64,000 nt of DNA from Salpingoeca rosetta (taxonomy: Eukaryota > Protista > Choanoflagellata). Under the pieces are notes generated by a model. That model saw nothing but the letters and a program-made list of their open reading frames with translations. It ran no database searches and was not told the origin of the DNA. Of the stretch, positions 26,922-49,338 are shown piece after piece. The stretch spans positions 272,069 to 336,068 of the forward strand of contig JAWQFM010000013.1 in the NCBI GenBank assembly GCA_033442325.1, read 5' to 3'. Both the position numbers and the translations under genes were made by a program. Numbering within the stretch: position 1 is the first letter of the stretch; each line of letters begins with the position of its first letter.

Positions 26922-29839
26922 CGTATGTGTGTGTGTGTTTGTGTTGTCACGTTGATTTGTCCCTTTCATGCTCACCCTTCCTGTGTCATTCCCTGTTTTA
27001 ACTATCTTTCTCCCACATACAAACACGCACACACACACACACACTGCACACGCCTGCGGGCATATGTAGGCGACAGGCGGGTCTGGCTCGTACCTGTGGA
27101 GCTCCGATGCGAGCCGCGTTGCGCACGTGTCTGAGGGCCGCGTTGTCCCCGTTGGCTTTGGCGCCGCCACCATTGCCGCTTACGACCGCCTGCAGTCTGA
27201 GATTGCCGGGTATGCGAGCGTGGACGTGGTGTACCCGTCGGCGCTGCGCTTTGTCCCGGGCCCGCGCGACGCCGCCATTGGCAGCGACATCACCTTGCAC
27301 GTGGAGTTTCTTGACGACGAAGGAAACGTGTTTGACCGCTGCAGCCACCTCGTCCCCACCTGGTCCCTCTCCTCCGCCGCCTTTGTCAAGCGGGACACCA
27401 AGTACGCGCGAGTCGATTGTTGGAATGGAGGAGGGGCGGGGCGATTAGTGTTTGTCTTGGCAACGAAAGTCGTGGTGGTCATGTCGTTAGAATGCTGTAT
27501 GTTGTGTGCGTGTGCGTGTGCGTGTGTGCATGTGTGCGTGCGTTGGTTGTCTCTCTCGCTACAAGTGGTTCTCTGTCGTCCCTCCCATTCACGCTTGTCG
27601 TTCTCCACCAGCACTCACGCTGCACCTGTCGTTCACTTCACATTGCATCTCCAACGCGACGCTTGCGCCATATGTATGTGTGTGTGTTTTCTTTTTTCTT
27701 TTTCTTCGTTTTGTTCCATTATCTTCTTCTTCAGGTGCGGGGATGCCCGATGCGCGTGCATCGTCCTGCGCGCGTCCCAGCCCGAGCGGGCCACCATCAC
27801 TGTCACGTGGGACAAGCTCTCTGCCACCGCGGACCTCAGCGCCCACCGTCGCCTGGCCATCCACCCGGATGACAAGGACGTGCTTGTGTCGCCTGGCGCT
27901 GCGCACACCATCCGCTTCACCGGCGGCCCGCGGCCCTTCCCCCCGCTCCTCTCCCTCCACACCCGTGACCTCGTCCCCGCCAGCGAGGATGCCGTGGGTG
28001 TTAGCGGGCAGGGCGACGCAGCCACAACCGCCTTCACCGTGACGTGCGTCAAGACGGGGTGTCAGACGCTGACGGTGCGTGTTGGCAACCAGCCCAGCTC
28101 GGCACATCCGTACTTTGGCGTGATGGAGGAGGACACAGCGCAGTTTTGCTGCGAGCGGCCGTCACACGTCGTCGCACGTCTCGACTTTGACCTGGAGGAC
28201 GTTGCAGAGAACCCAGCGTGCTCGCACCAGGACTCGGTGTACTTGGTGCTTGCAGGCAAGGAGTGCCCCGTGTATGTGCAGCCGTTTTTCAACTCGCGCA
28301 CGTACAACAACGCCAGCACAATTGAGTACTCGTGGACTAACACGGCCTCGGATATGGCCATCGCTCCAACAACGGCACACACCGCAGTCACCCCATCAGG
28401 GTCCGTTGACCTGTGCTGTCGTGGGACGTGTCGTGGGACGTAGGGGCGTGCCAGTTGTTGTTGCATCTCTTGGAAGGATGTCTTGCATGTGTGAGTGAGT
28501 GTGTACATGTATCTGCGTTGGTTGTTGAGTCGAGCTGCGTTGTTTTCCGCCCTGCCATCGTCCCTCACTCAACGTTTCTATCCACACACACACACACAAC
28601 CTTCATACGCACACACACTCTCGCTCTCTCTCGCTCTCTCTGCATACACACACCTTTTCTCACCACGCACACATCCCCCAACTCTCAACATGCACACCCC
28701 AGCTCTGCGCGTGCAAAGGTGCAAGTGTCGACCAAAGGCCACCGCGACCAGCGGGTATCCAGCCACCTGTTCCTTGAGCCGCGCCCGGCCATCACCACCT
28801 CCCCTGCACGCGTTGTCCTCGCCGATGTGCGCGATGCTCGCGTGTCTGTGCCCGTTGTAGGCGGATCGGGCGTGTTCAAGGTGCACAACACCACGCGCGT
28901 TGTGGCTGCCCGCGTTGCCAACACGACGCTGGTTGTGGACGGCAAGGCCAAGGGCAGCGGCAAGCTAAAGGTTGAGGATGAGTGCCTGCTGCCTCGCACG
29001 GTGTCCACGCAGGTTGCGGTGGAGGTTGTGCCCGCCCACCACTTTACGGCCAACATCCAGAACAAGCTTCAAGTCGGCGCCTCCACCACAGGTCTGTTGC
29101 ACATGTGTGTATGTGTTTGTGTGTGTGTGTGTGGTTGCAGCGTGGTGTGTGCATGCTGTTTGCAGACTATTCATGCGAACGCTGAGTTTAGATGTGTGTT
29201 ATGCGTGTGTGCTGTATGCTATGGTTCTGAGCGTTTTTTGTCACTTGTGTTGTTTGGGCTGACGATTGCACACGAGTTTGCACGGTCACACACTCACCAT
29301 ACGCACACGGCACAAACAAACAAACAAACAAACAAACAAACGCACGAAACACACACTCGTGACATTCACACGACACCAACTCACGCTATTCAACACACAA
29401 CACAACCAAACACGGTCAACCTAATGGAACACCAGCGGAGCTGTGCCTGTTTGACAAGCAGGGCCGGAGCATGCCTGCAAGCGCCTACCCGCTCGTTGTG
29501 TTTGCAGAGGAGGAAGACGATACGCACGTGCAGCTGCGGCCCATTGGCCCCGCAGACACAACCAGCAACACCGGGCGTGGCGGCAACGGCGGCTGTGGTG
29601 GCTGGCTGTTCCAGGTGGAGGGTGTTGAGACGGGCCTGGCAAAGGTGCGGTTCTCCGCAGCCATCCAACCACTGCACGGCGCAGCGTACACGCTCTCGTC
29701 TGGCAACTACACCATTGAGGTCAGCATACGCATGCGCCGTGTCATCATCGTTGTTGTTGTTGTTTAAGTTGTTGTTGTTGTTTAAGTTGTTGTTGTACAA
29801 GTTGTTGTTGTTGTTTAAGTTGTTGTTGTTGTTGTTTAA

Positions 29840-29871
<32 letters not shown>

Positions 29872-29873
29872 AG

Positions 29874-29919
<46 letters not shown>

Positions 29920-29993
29920 AGTTGTTGTTGTTGTTTAAGTTGTTGTTGTTGTTGTTGTTGTTTAAGTTGTTGTTGTTGTTTAAGTTGTTTAAG

Positions 29994-30037
<44 letters not shown>

Positions 30038-33000
30038 CGTGTGTGAACCCCTCCAGCCTCGCCATATCCCCAGAATGATCCCTTCTCCAACTAACAAGTG
30101 GTTCAACGACGTGCGCCAAACAGGTTTTTGATGCGCTCCGCCTGTCCCCACGCCGTCTTCTGCTCCTCCCAGGCTCCTGCTTCCAGGTACTTTCACACAC
30201 GCATTCTCAATGCGTGTCGACCACACACACACATTCATACACACACAAAAACAAACACAAACACACACACATTCAGTACACAACACAACACACACACATT
30301 CATACACACACAAAAACAAACACAAACACACACACATTCAGTCCACTACACAACACACACAGAACAAACCACACAAACCACACACGCAGTGTCATCGCAC
30401 AAATGCACGTTGCAGACGTGTCACGACGCTGTTGCTCATGCACCCGCTTTGTGATGTGACATGATGTTATGTGCTCAGGTTGAGGTGCAGAACAAGCCGA
30501 CATATGGGCATGTGTCTGTGCGCTTCCACACCGACAACAGCAACTACGCCAGCGTGTCGACGCACGGGCTTGTGTGCGGGCGCACTGTTGGTGAGACGTC
30601 GCTCACAGCCACCGTTTTTGGGGAAGACCCAACGGTTGCCCTGAGCACGGACACGGTGCTGGTGAAGGTTGTTCTTGCAACGGGTCTGCACATTCGCTTT
30701 CCGTCGCGGTACATGGTGGTCGGCAGTGTCGTCGAGGCGTATGCGACGCTGCGACACGGCGACGAGGACATTTTGAGCGGGCAGTCCATTGCCAGCATGA
30801 CCTGGACCTCCGATGACCCCACTGTCCTCAGCACACACTCCCTCTTCCGACACGAGGGCGTACGTCAACTGAGTGGCAATTGCGGCTTTGTGACACACAC
30901 ACACACCCACGCACACACGCACACACAAACACACGCACACACGCACACATACACTCTCTGTGACTCCGTGTGTGGCTTGCTTTGTGTTCGCCTCACTGCC
31001 TGCTCGTGTTCTTGATCTTTTTAGGAGGACACTGAGGAGTTTTACGCGGCTGCAGTTGCCCATGCTGAGGGTGTTGTTCGCGTGACAGTGTCTGCACCGT
31101 GCGCGTCGGCTTACTGCCGTGCACCCTCGTCCACCATCGCCGCTTCGTTTGACCTCACTGTCTTCTCCCGCCTCCGTCTCCCTGCCGGCCCAGATTTCAT
31201 CGTAAGCGCCACCATTCACGTGTTGTTGCCGCTTCGTTTGCCTGTGTGTGTGTCAGTCTGAACATACACGTGTTCTTGCCTTCTTGTTCATTCAATGGTC
31301 TGTGAATCTGCTCCTGTGAAGGCCATCACGACACCCCCGCTCACTCACACACACACACATACACACACACACACACACGCACGCACGCACGCACACGCAC
31401 ACACACACACACACACATGCTCCACCGTTTTCGCAGGTCCCAACGTCTGCACGCTTCCAGCTGCCGGTGTCCTTCTCCCACAAGCGGGATGTGCAGTATG
31501 AGCTGTTTGCTGCGTCGCCTGCGCCCTCCGGCCCCGTGCGCTCCACCATTGCCCCCGACGGCACTATCACCACCGCAGACGAGCGGGAGGATGTTGTTGT
31601 TGCCGTCATGCACGTTGTTGACGGGGTGGTGCTGCAGCGTGCCGCCGCCAGTCTGCACGTTGACCGCGTGCGCCACTTGTCGCTGGAGCCCGAGCCAAGC
31701 TGCCACCACCTCACCCTCGGCTCACACTGCATCATCCGTGTTGTGCTGCAAGACATGACGGGCCGCCCACTCGTGTACACGGATGGCATTGACGTGCAGG
31801 CGTTTGTCGACAAGTCCGTTGCGCGTGTGCGCATGCACTCGAGCAATGAGCTGATTGTCACGGCCACGGGCAAGGGAGAGGCGCTCTTGCGAGTGTCTGT
31901 GCACAACTCGCCCGTCAGCAACTACTTCCGCGTCCTGGTCACGTCCCAGCTCAACCCAAGTCAGCCATGCCACTGCTCTTTCTTGTTTTGGTTGCGCGTG
32001 GTTGCGTCGCATTCTGGTGGCCTCTCCAATCTGCCGTTTGTACATTGTTGTTATGCATAGTTTTGAGTGTCGTCCAATACCACTCGCTCACCACCCCGCA
32101 CCACGTCTGCAGGTGACGTAACTGTGCCTGTTGGCTCGTCCTTCTGCTTCCCTCCATCCGAGGCGTCTCGCAACGCCACCTGGGCCTCATCCAGCCCAGC
32201 CGTCGCTACCGTCAAGTGCGCTGTTTTGTTTGTTTGTTTGTTTGTTTGTTTGTTTGTTTGTTTGTGTGCGCGCCAATCGGTTGTTGTTTTCTCTCCGTGT
32301 GTGTCCATCAACTCCCCTCCCCTACACACAGCCTTGCATCTCATCTTGCTTCCCTTCCTCGTCCCCCCTCCCCACACCCCACACCCCCACACACCTTCAC
32401 GCGCCAGGCCGCCAGGCCACGTCACGATCCACAGCGAGGGCGAGACCGAGATCTCGCGCACGACGGCGCAGGGCATTGCAAAGGGCAGCCTGCGCAGCCG
32501 CCCTATTGCCGCCGCCCGCTTTGTTGCCCAGCCCGCGTTCATCACCAACCTGGAGGCCAGCAACGCGTTTTCGCTGCGCTTGTCGTATCACAGCCGCAGC
32601 GGTGCCAACTTCTCGCTCATCCCGGCGTGCCAGGGCAAAGGCTTCCAGCCCATGGCCAAGGTGACGTGTGCTGCTGAGGGCCACCCACACCTCTCGGTCG
32701 CACCCGCGTTTGACGCTGCGAGCGGCAAGCACGCCTGCCAGATTACCGTTTCCTCCAACGATGTGCTCTCTGCGTCTCCACTTGTCGTCACGGCCACGGT
32801 CTCTCCGCTTGCCACTTCGTCTTCTTCATCATCCTCCACAGCCGTGGTTGCGCGCACCGCTGTGACTGCCGCCCCCGCCTTCCACGTGGAGTCCTCTGTT
32901 GTTTCGCTCGGCAGCCGGCTTGCCTCCGCTGCCACGCTGCGTGTGCGACAAGTGCTTGACCTGTCGCAGCTTGGCGTGGAGGTTGACAGCAACTCGCTGC

Positions 33001-33748
33001 TGCCGGACGCGGGCTCGACCAGCGACCGGCAGTACTTCACCTCGGCCTCGCTGCGCATCACGTTTGTGATGCAGGCGCAGGCTGAGGCGGTTGTCACGGT
33101 TGAGCGCATGATTGCTTCTGCACGCGAGCACACGCTGGTTGTCTTCAACAAGTACACGCAGCAGCGCCACGCCGTGTCCGTCGCCGTCCTCGACGAGCCT
33201 GAGCCCGAAGGTGCTGATGATGCGGTGTTGTGCGTGTTGTGCGGGTGTACGTGTGTGTGTGGGTGTGTGTACGCGTTGTGTGGGTGTGTGTACGCGTTGT
33301 GTGGGTGTGTGTACGCGTTGTGTGTGTGTGTGTGTGTGTGTGTTCTTCTTTGGCGTGGATGTTGACTGCCCACTCACATGCTTGCATGTGTTTCCTCTTT
33401 GCTTTGAACAACAAACCCGCGATACATCCTTGCTTCGTGCTCTTCCGTCATCCATGGTGTCAACACAGCGCCACCGACGCGTGCACCGCCAGCAGCGACC
33501 AGCGACCAGCACGGCGTGATTACGATGGACCAGAGCACGGGCGCAGCACCGTCTACCCCCTCGCCGCCAGACAACTCGTGGCCGCTGTGGGTGTATGTGG
33601 TGCTGTTCTTCCTCTTCTGCATCATTCTGCTGCTTGTGCTGCATCTTCCGTCCATTCCCCCTCGCGACCCAAACCAGAGCCTCTACGTTGGCCCCCAATC
33701 GCCGTAAGTTCACGTTTGTGCTTGACCTTGTGCAAGCAATCCTTTCTC

Positions 33749-33797
<49 letters not shown>

Positions 33798-34123
33798 CGG
33801 TGCTGCGACTGCGCTCGTGCCGTCTCCTCCTTTGTGTCTCATCCTGCTCACCACCACTACCACCACCGCAAACGACAACCACCGCCGCAACCAACACAAC
33901 AACCAGACAACGTGGCGCGTTTTCGCGCTTTGGATCGCCGCTGCAGCTCGTGTCTCGCATTCCGCGCACGTCCGCCATGACACGCGCAACCCCAACCAAG
34001 CTGGGCAAGACGACCACAGCAGCGCCAGCCACGACGACCGCGGGTGCGGGTGTTGTGCGGCCGACAATGACAACGCCAACACGAGACCGCAGACTCCAGG
34101 CGCGCTCCTCTCGCTTCTCCTAG
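23596..34123 (+). CDS. NUP210: Nuclear pore membrane glycoprotein 210 (gp210), many exons
   Basis: Signal peptide, then PRLLLPY..ATGGCFVWSTTRPHVISV..ECS..IIARE..LFCEVTV..TTDHTMYLGDPP..AQDSE|ENTFSALSSLPFTWKI matching the gp210 N-terminus; FTGGPRP and VVGGSGVF internal motifs; serial Ig-like domains; single TM (LWVYVVLFFLFCIILLLVL) near the C-terminus and a short S/T-P-rich tail. Confidence 0.93.
24038..24120. repeat. 25-bp minisatellite (CACCCAACGCATTCTCCTACATTCA) x3.3 in a NUP210 intron
   Basis: Units start at 24038, 24063, 24088 and (partial) 24113; no spacers. Confidence 0.9.
29750..30037. repeat. Compound (GTT)n microsatellite punctuated by TTTAA, intronic in NUP210
   Basis: GTT runs of variable length separated about ten times by TTTAA (once TACAA). 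Confidence 0.93.
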
Positions 34124-34672
34124 GATGCAACAAGGGATGAACGTTGTGTATTGTGTTGCGTCTTGCATGTGTGTGTGGTGTGTGTGATGTGTGGTGGGTG
34201 CATGGGTGTGGTGTGTGTGTGAGTGCATGCATGTAAGTGTGTGCGTGCGTGGATCGTGCTGTGCCATCCAGCTCTGCACCAGCACGTGCGGAAAGCACGC
34301 GCTCACCACCAACAGTCCAGAAAGCAACGTGGTTGCATCGTGTTCTCGTTTGCATGCACGCAGCGCTGGTTTGCTTGTCGTGTATTGGTCTTGGTCAGTG
34401 ACAAGCAAAAAGTGTGCAAATAAACGCGTTCAAGCGAAGCAGTGGCTGACTGTTGCTGTACACGTGCCGCGATGAGCGTCACATCACACGTCATTGGTGA
34501 GAATACACACACACACACACAACGCAGCATGAAATGTCAAGCAATAAGGGACAAAACGGATGAACGTGTCGAAAGGTGAGAACAGTTGCAAATAACTGTG
34601 CAAACTGCTTGAGTCAAATCAAGAAGCTCCAGGAAACAAAAAGGGTCATCAAAACGTGAGCAAACGTAAGGA

Positions 34673-34763
<91 letters not shown>

Positions 34764-34773
34764 CCGGAAGCGC

Positions 34774-44129
<9,356 letters not shown>

Positions 44130-44932
44130 CGTCGTGGCTGGCTGCCTGTTGGCGGCGGTGGTGGTGTTTGTGGCTCATCTTCGACAACTTGCATCGTTTG
44201 TGTTTGTTGTTTGGGCCGTCATCATGTCAGCATTCGCCACCCCAGTTCGCACCTCACACACAACACCACAAAATACAAACAGTAGCCGCTGGCTGTTGTC
44301 GTTGGGGTTTTCTGCTGTCTGCTTCTGCTTCGTCTGCTTGCTTGCTTGGTTGGAAGTCCAAATCAGTCGGCACACCCCAAACCACGGCCTCTGGCCGGCA
44401 AGGGTTGGAGGCATGGCTAGGGGTGTGTGTGTGTGGGGGGGGGGCTTGTGTGTGAGATGTGTGTCCTCCCATCTTGCTTGTCAAGCAAGCAGGCAAGAAA
44501 GCAAGCAAGCAAGCAAGGAAATCCAAACAAACCTGCCAGCCCGTGCAACCCGACACCACGAATTCCAGGTGATGATTATGTATATCTTCAAATAAAAATC
44601 ATAACTGCCACTCCTCCCCTTCTCCTCCGCCACACAAACAAACAAGGCAGCAGGAGCAACAACTGACTCACAGCGAACGAAAAAGGTTTTGTTGGTACCT
44701 CCCAACACCACCACCACCATCCATTCCAGCCTGCCTGCAAAAGTGCTGCGATTCCGTGGGACACAGGTGGTCGTAGTGGTTGCGGTGTTGGTGGCTGTGT
44801 CGTTGGTTCTGTTGTTTTATCGTTGTTGGTACTGTTGCGAGCCGCTGGTGGCGTTGCCACACAACCAACAAGAAAAGACTGTGGTTTCAGAGATCAGCCT
44901 TCCATGAAACCATCCACATCCTCCTGCAACCC

Positions 44933-45049
44933 ACACTCACACTCACACTCACACTCACACTCACACTCACACTCACACTCACACTCACACTCACACTCAC
45001 ACTCACACTCACACTCACACTCACACTCACACTCACACTCACACTCACA
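44933..45049. repeat. (ACACTC)n hexanucleotide repeat in a divergent intergenic region
   Basis: About 19 perfect units between the head-to-head coiled-coil gene and the PLC gene. Confidence 0.95.
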
Positions 45050-45439
45050 CGCCTTTGCCCAGAGCAAGCTCAGGGTGCATCAATCCGCTGCTGTGGTGTG
45101 ACCAACCTTCTTCGTTGCGTGCAGCACGCATCAAGTACGTGCTAGTATTGGCCATGTGTGTGTGTGTGTTGTGTTGTATTGTATCGTATTGTATTGTGAC
45201 TGTTGTCCTTCTTTCAATACCTTGATTCATTCGCCAATCCTTCGCATAGTTGTGGCCGCGATCGCCAAGAGTGCTGATTGTTTTGACCTGGTCTTTTCTT
45301 CCCCCCCCACCCTATTTCCTGTTTCGTACAGCGCAGCTGCAGATGCTGCAGCTGGCTCGATTGTTCAACTAGAACCAAACACACACACACACATACACAC
45401 ACGCACATACACACAGGCGCCTGTGTGGCAGCAACCGTC

Positions 45440-46071
45440 ATGTCAAGCCCGCAACCGGTACCCTCCATCCTCAAGACAAAGAAGGCCAGCCCTCCTTCCA
45501 ACGGCTCCAAGGCCACCACAAGCCCAGCAAAAGTGGATGACAGCGACCCTTCAAGAAGCAATGTGAGAGAATCACACATTGGCCGACCTCACTGGCGCGT
45601 GTATGCGCGTGTACGCGCATGCTGATGGCGTGATAACAGCGCACGCTCGCTCACTTTACATCAGTGCTGCTCGTGCCAACACGTACCCGCCTCTGTGTGT
45701 GTGTGTGTGTGTGGGTGGGTGGGTGGGTGGGTGGGTGGCGGTGCGTGCGTTTGTGTGTGCATATTCTTTGTGGAGACGCAAGTGCATGTGCCGCGCCTCA
45801 TCCTCCCCTCCGCCGCGTTGATCTGCTCGGCCTCATATTGTTGTGGCACAGGGGCAGGCCGTCGTCGTGGACGGGGATGTAAAGGCCATCCCGCCAGCCA
45901 AGAAGCGCGTGTCCTTCCACGTCACCGTGCGTGAACACAGCCGCCTACACCCGAAGCCCCTCGAGTCTGGTGCGTTTTTTTTTTTCGTTTTTGGTCAAGG
46001 CGTGCCAGCACATGCCAACTGGATTGTGTGCTCGACTTCGTCCTTACAGCGCCCGCACGCACACATTGCCG

Positions 46072-46123
<52 letters not shown>

Positions 46124-47049
46124 TGTTGTTGTTGTTGTTGGTGTTGTCACATCTCATCTCACGAGTGCCCTCACGCGTTCATACATCCGTATGATCATCA
46201 ACAACAACATCCACACCAATACCACTTGTGGTTTGGCCCAGGCTCAAACGCGCTGGCAGAGCTGGCAGACGGGACGCTGCTCATCAAGCTACGCAACAAG
46301 AAACTGTACGAGCGCTTCTACTACTACGACCCGGAGGTCCGTGGCCATTTCTTCACGCACACACATTTGCATGCACGCACATTTGCATGCACCATCTCCA
46401 CGCCATCTTGTTTGAATCGAATCACACATCTACACAAGACTTTGAACACGCACATACACAAACGCAAAAGACACGCACATACACACAAACACAAATCATA
46501 CACGTGTAACCATGCCCGGCCGGCCACTCACGCCCTTGCTTGTGTCTGTGTTGGTGTACTGTGCTCGTATTGTTTGTCGTTGCGGCGTCTCAATCAAGTT
46601 GGAAGCCATCAGCTGGTTCTCGAAGAAGAACAAAGGAAATGTCAAGTCAAGTGCGTGTGCTGTGCGGCGGTGGTGGCAATTCATTGTTGCTCCCCTCTAC
46701 ATGGAGTTGTTGTTACGCATAGCAATTGTGTGTGTGTGTGATGTGTGCAAGTACACGATTGCTTGCATAGTCGTTGCTGTGATTTTGTTTGCAGCTCGTT
46801 TCCAACGATGTGACTGGTTGAAAACGCATGCCACACATGCACACACACTCATATGCACATGCACATGCACATGCTCACGCTCACACCACACACGCATATG
46901 CGCGCGTGCCTGTGAATGATTAGTTTCCATTCGTTCCGTGCTATCGATTCGGCCGGGAAAGGTTGGCAAGGAGTTCAAGTCCATGGACACATCAGGTGGG
47001 CATTGTCACGCAATCAGTGAACGCACACACATACGCATGAGCAGCTCAT

Positions 47050-47082
<33 letters not shown>

Positions 47083-47853
47083 CGTATGGACGCTCTCTTC
47101 TTCTCTTACATCATAGATATCACCCACCCGCCCACAAACACACACAAACACACACACATGCACACATGCACACATGCACACATGCACATGTGCTGATGTG
47201 CCATGGCTGCGGGTTCAGAGTTCAAGGAGTGGTGCTGCTTCACCGTTTCGCACCGCGACGGTGGTCTTGACCTCGTCGCAGCGGACGAAGACACACGCGA
47301 TCTGTGGATTGTCGGCATCCGATATGCACTCGTACGTTCGGTGCACACATGGTGGCACGGTGATGAGGTGATGAGGTGATGGATGGGGCTGCGGGGATAC
47401 AGGAGCAGGAAGGACCGGAGACTGAAGCATGAGACACTGCCATGCCGTATCTGTCGGTGCATTTTCGTGTCCGCTGACAAACAAGCACTTGCATCCCTTT
47501 ATTTCGATTCAGTTTTATTGATGGTTTGAGCTCGTTTATGTGTGTGTATGTGTGTATGTATGTATGTATGTATGTATGTATGTATGTATGTATGTATGTA
47601 TGTATGTATGTGTCTCGCAACTTCTTTTTGTCTTTCTGCCAAGCACCCTACGTTCTCACACCCATTATGTGTGCCAATGTGTGTGTGTGATGTGCACTTG
47701 CTGTTGTGTGTGTGTGTTTGCAGAAAAAGACACATGGGCGCCTGGCAACTGTCCGGCAGCGGCGCCGCGATTGGGTGGAAGCCGTCTTCACGAAACATGG
47801 TGCGTGGCGGTGCGATCACGCCCATGCTGCGGGTGTGGGTGTGTGTGTGTGTG

Positions 47854-47892
<39 letters not shown>

Positions 47893-49274
47893 GTCTGTGG
47901 ATGTGTACGAGCGTGTGGGCGTGTGGGTGCTTCAGCACGTCTGTTTTGTCGCTGTGCACAGCTCATCAATTCACCTCACAATCAACAAACACGCGCGCGC
48001 GCTTGCCACGCAACAGATTTGGGAAAGAAAGGCAAGCTGACGCTGGAAGAAGCGCAAGCAGCCATGAGGGAGCTTCTGCCAGATATGCAATCGTTCTTTC
48101 TCAAGCGAAAGCTGAACTATCTCCAAGAGAAGTTCGGCGATGATGGTGGTAGTGGTGTACACGCACTCGTCCCCCTGTCCGACTTTCAATCCGAATTCAC
48201 AGTACGTGTGCTGTGCAATGGCTGTTGCTGGGTGCATTTGTTTTCAGTTGCAGTGTCCTCTTACCTGATTACTTGTTGTTGTTCTTGTCGTTCTTGTCAC
48301 TGCTGCTGCTGCTGCTGTTGTTGTTCTTGTTGTTCTTGTTCTTGCTACAGCTGCCCTGTTGGGCGCAGATCCAGAGACCACTCGTCACTTGATCCCCTTC
48401 ATGCACCTCATCCTCACCTTTCCTTCCATCACCACCACAATCACCACCACCGCTGCTACTGCAGTCGCTCGCCACGCGCCGCGAGCTGTTCACGCTGTTC
48501 CAGCAGTACAGCAGCGACACAGAGGGCCTTTCAGTCCATGATCTCAAAATTCTTCTCGAGGCAGAGCAGCAGGTGACTGGACCGGGGGGGGGGCAGTGTT
48601 GATTGGGGGTTCGCTGTTTTGGTTGAAGCCCTTTTTGTTGGCTTGCGCTTGCGTTTGGTTTCTTGGTGTTGCTTCGTGGCTCACCTCACGTCGCCAGCTA
48701 GCATGGCTGTCATTCCCTCTGCTGGCGTGCCATCACCACCAACACCTCAACCCCCAAATGCATCAATGGCATAATCACTCACATGTTGTCATCATACAAC
48801 CCCTCTCCTCCCTCTCCTCTCTTCTCTCACAGGCGCTCGGTGTGTCTGCTGGCCGGTGCAAAGCCCTCATCAACCAATATGAGCCCGTTCCTTACAACCG
48901 CGAGACAAACGCGCTTGGACTGGACGGGCTGACAGCGCTGATGAAAGGCGAATACACGCTCGCGCGTGCAACCATCTCGCGAGTACGTTTGGATCGTGTG
49001 GCTGTGATTCGGCTTGCGCGCTTGTGCTGGCATGACCTTGTTTTTGTTTTTTTTCCAGATTCATGCGCGTTTGACACACCACACCACACCACACCACTCT
49101 CTCACTCTCTCACTCTCACAAAACGGGTGAACTGTGTCTGCTGCACTGCGCTCATGCGTACAACGCGGTGACAGAACCAAGACATGAACCAGCCACTCAG
49201 AAGCTACTTCATCAAATCGTCGCACAACTCATACCTAGATGGCAACCAACTCAAGGTTCCGTTTTGTGACGTGT

Positions 49275-49338
<64 letters not shown>

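Noticed and set aside
24038-30037. CRISPR-like arrays (25-bp repeat; GTT/TTTAA punctuated repeat)
   Set aside because: No unique spacers, no cas genes, located in eukaryotic introns; simple tandem repeats.
28413-30337. 572-aa (+) and 315-aa (-) ORFs with poly-Leu or poly-Asn/Gln
   Set aside because: Read-through of NUP210 exons into introns and the GTT repeat; not independent genes.
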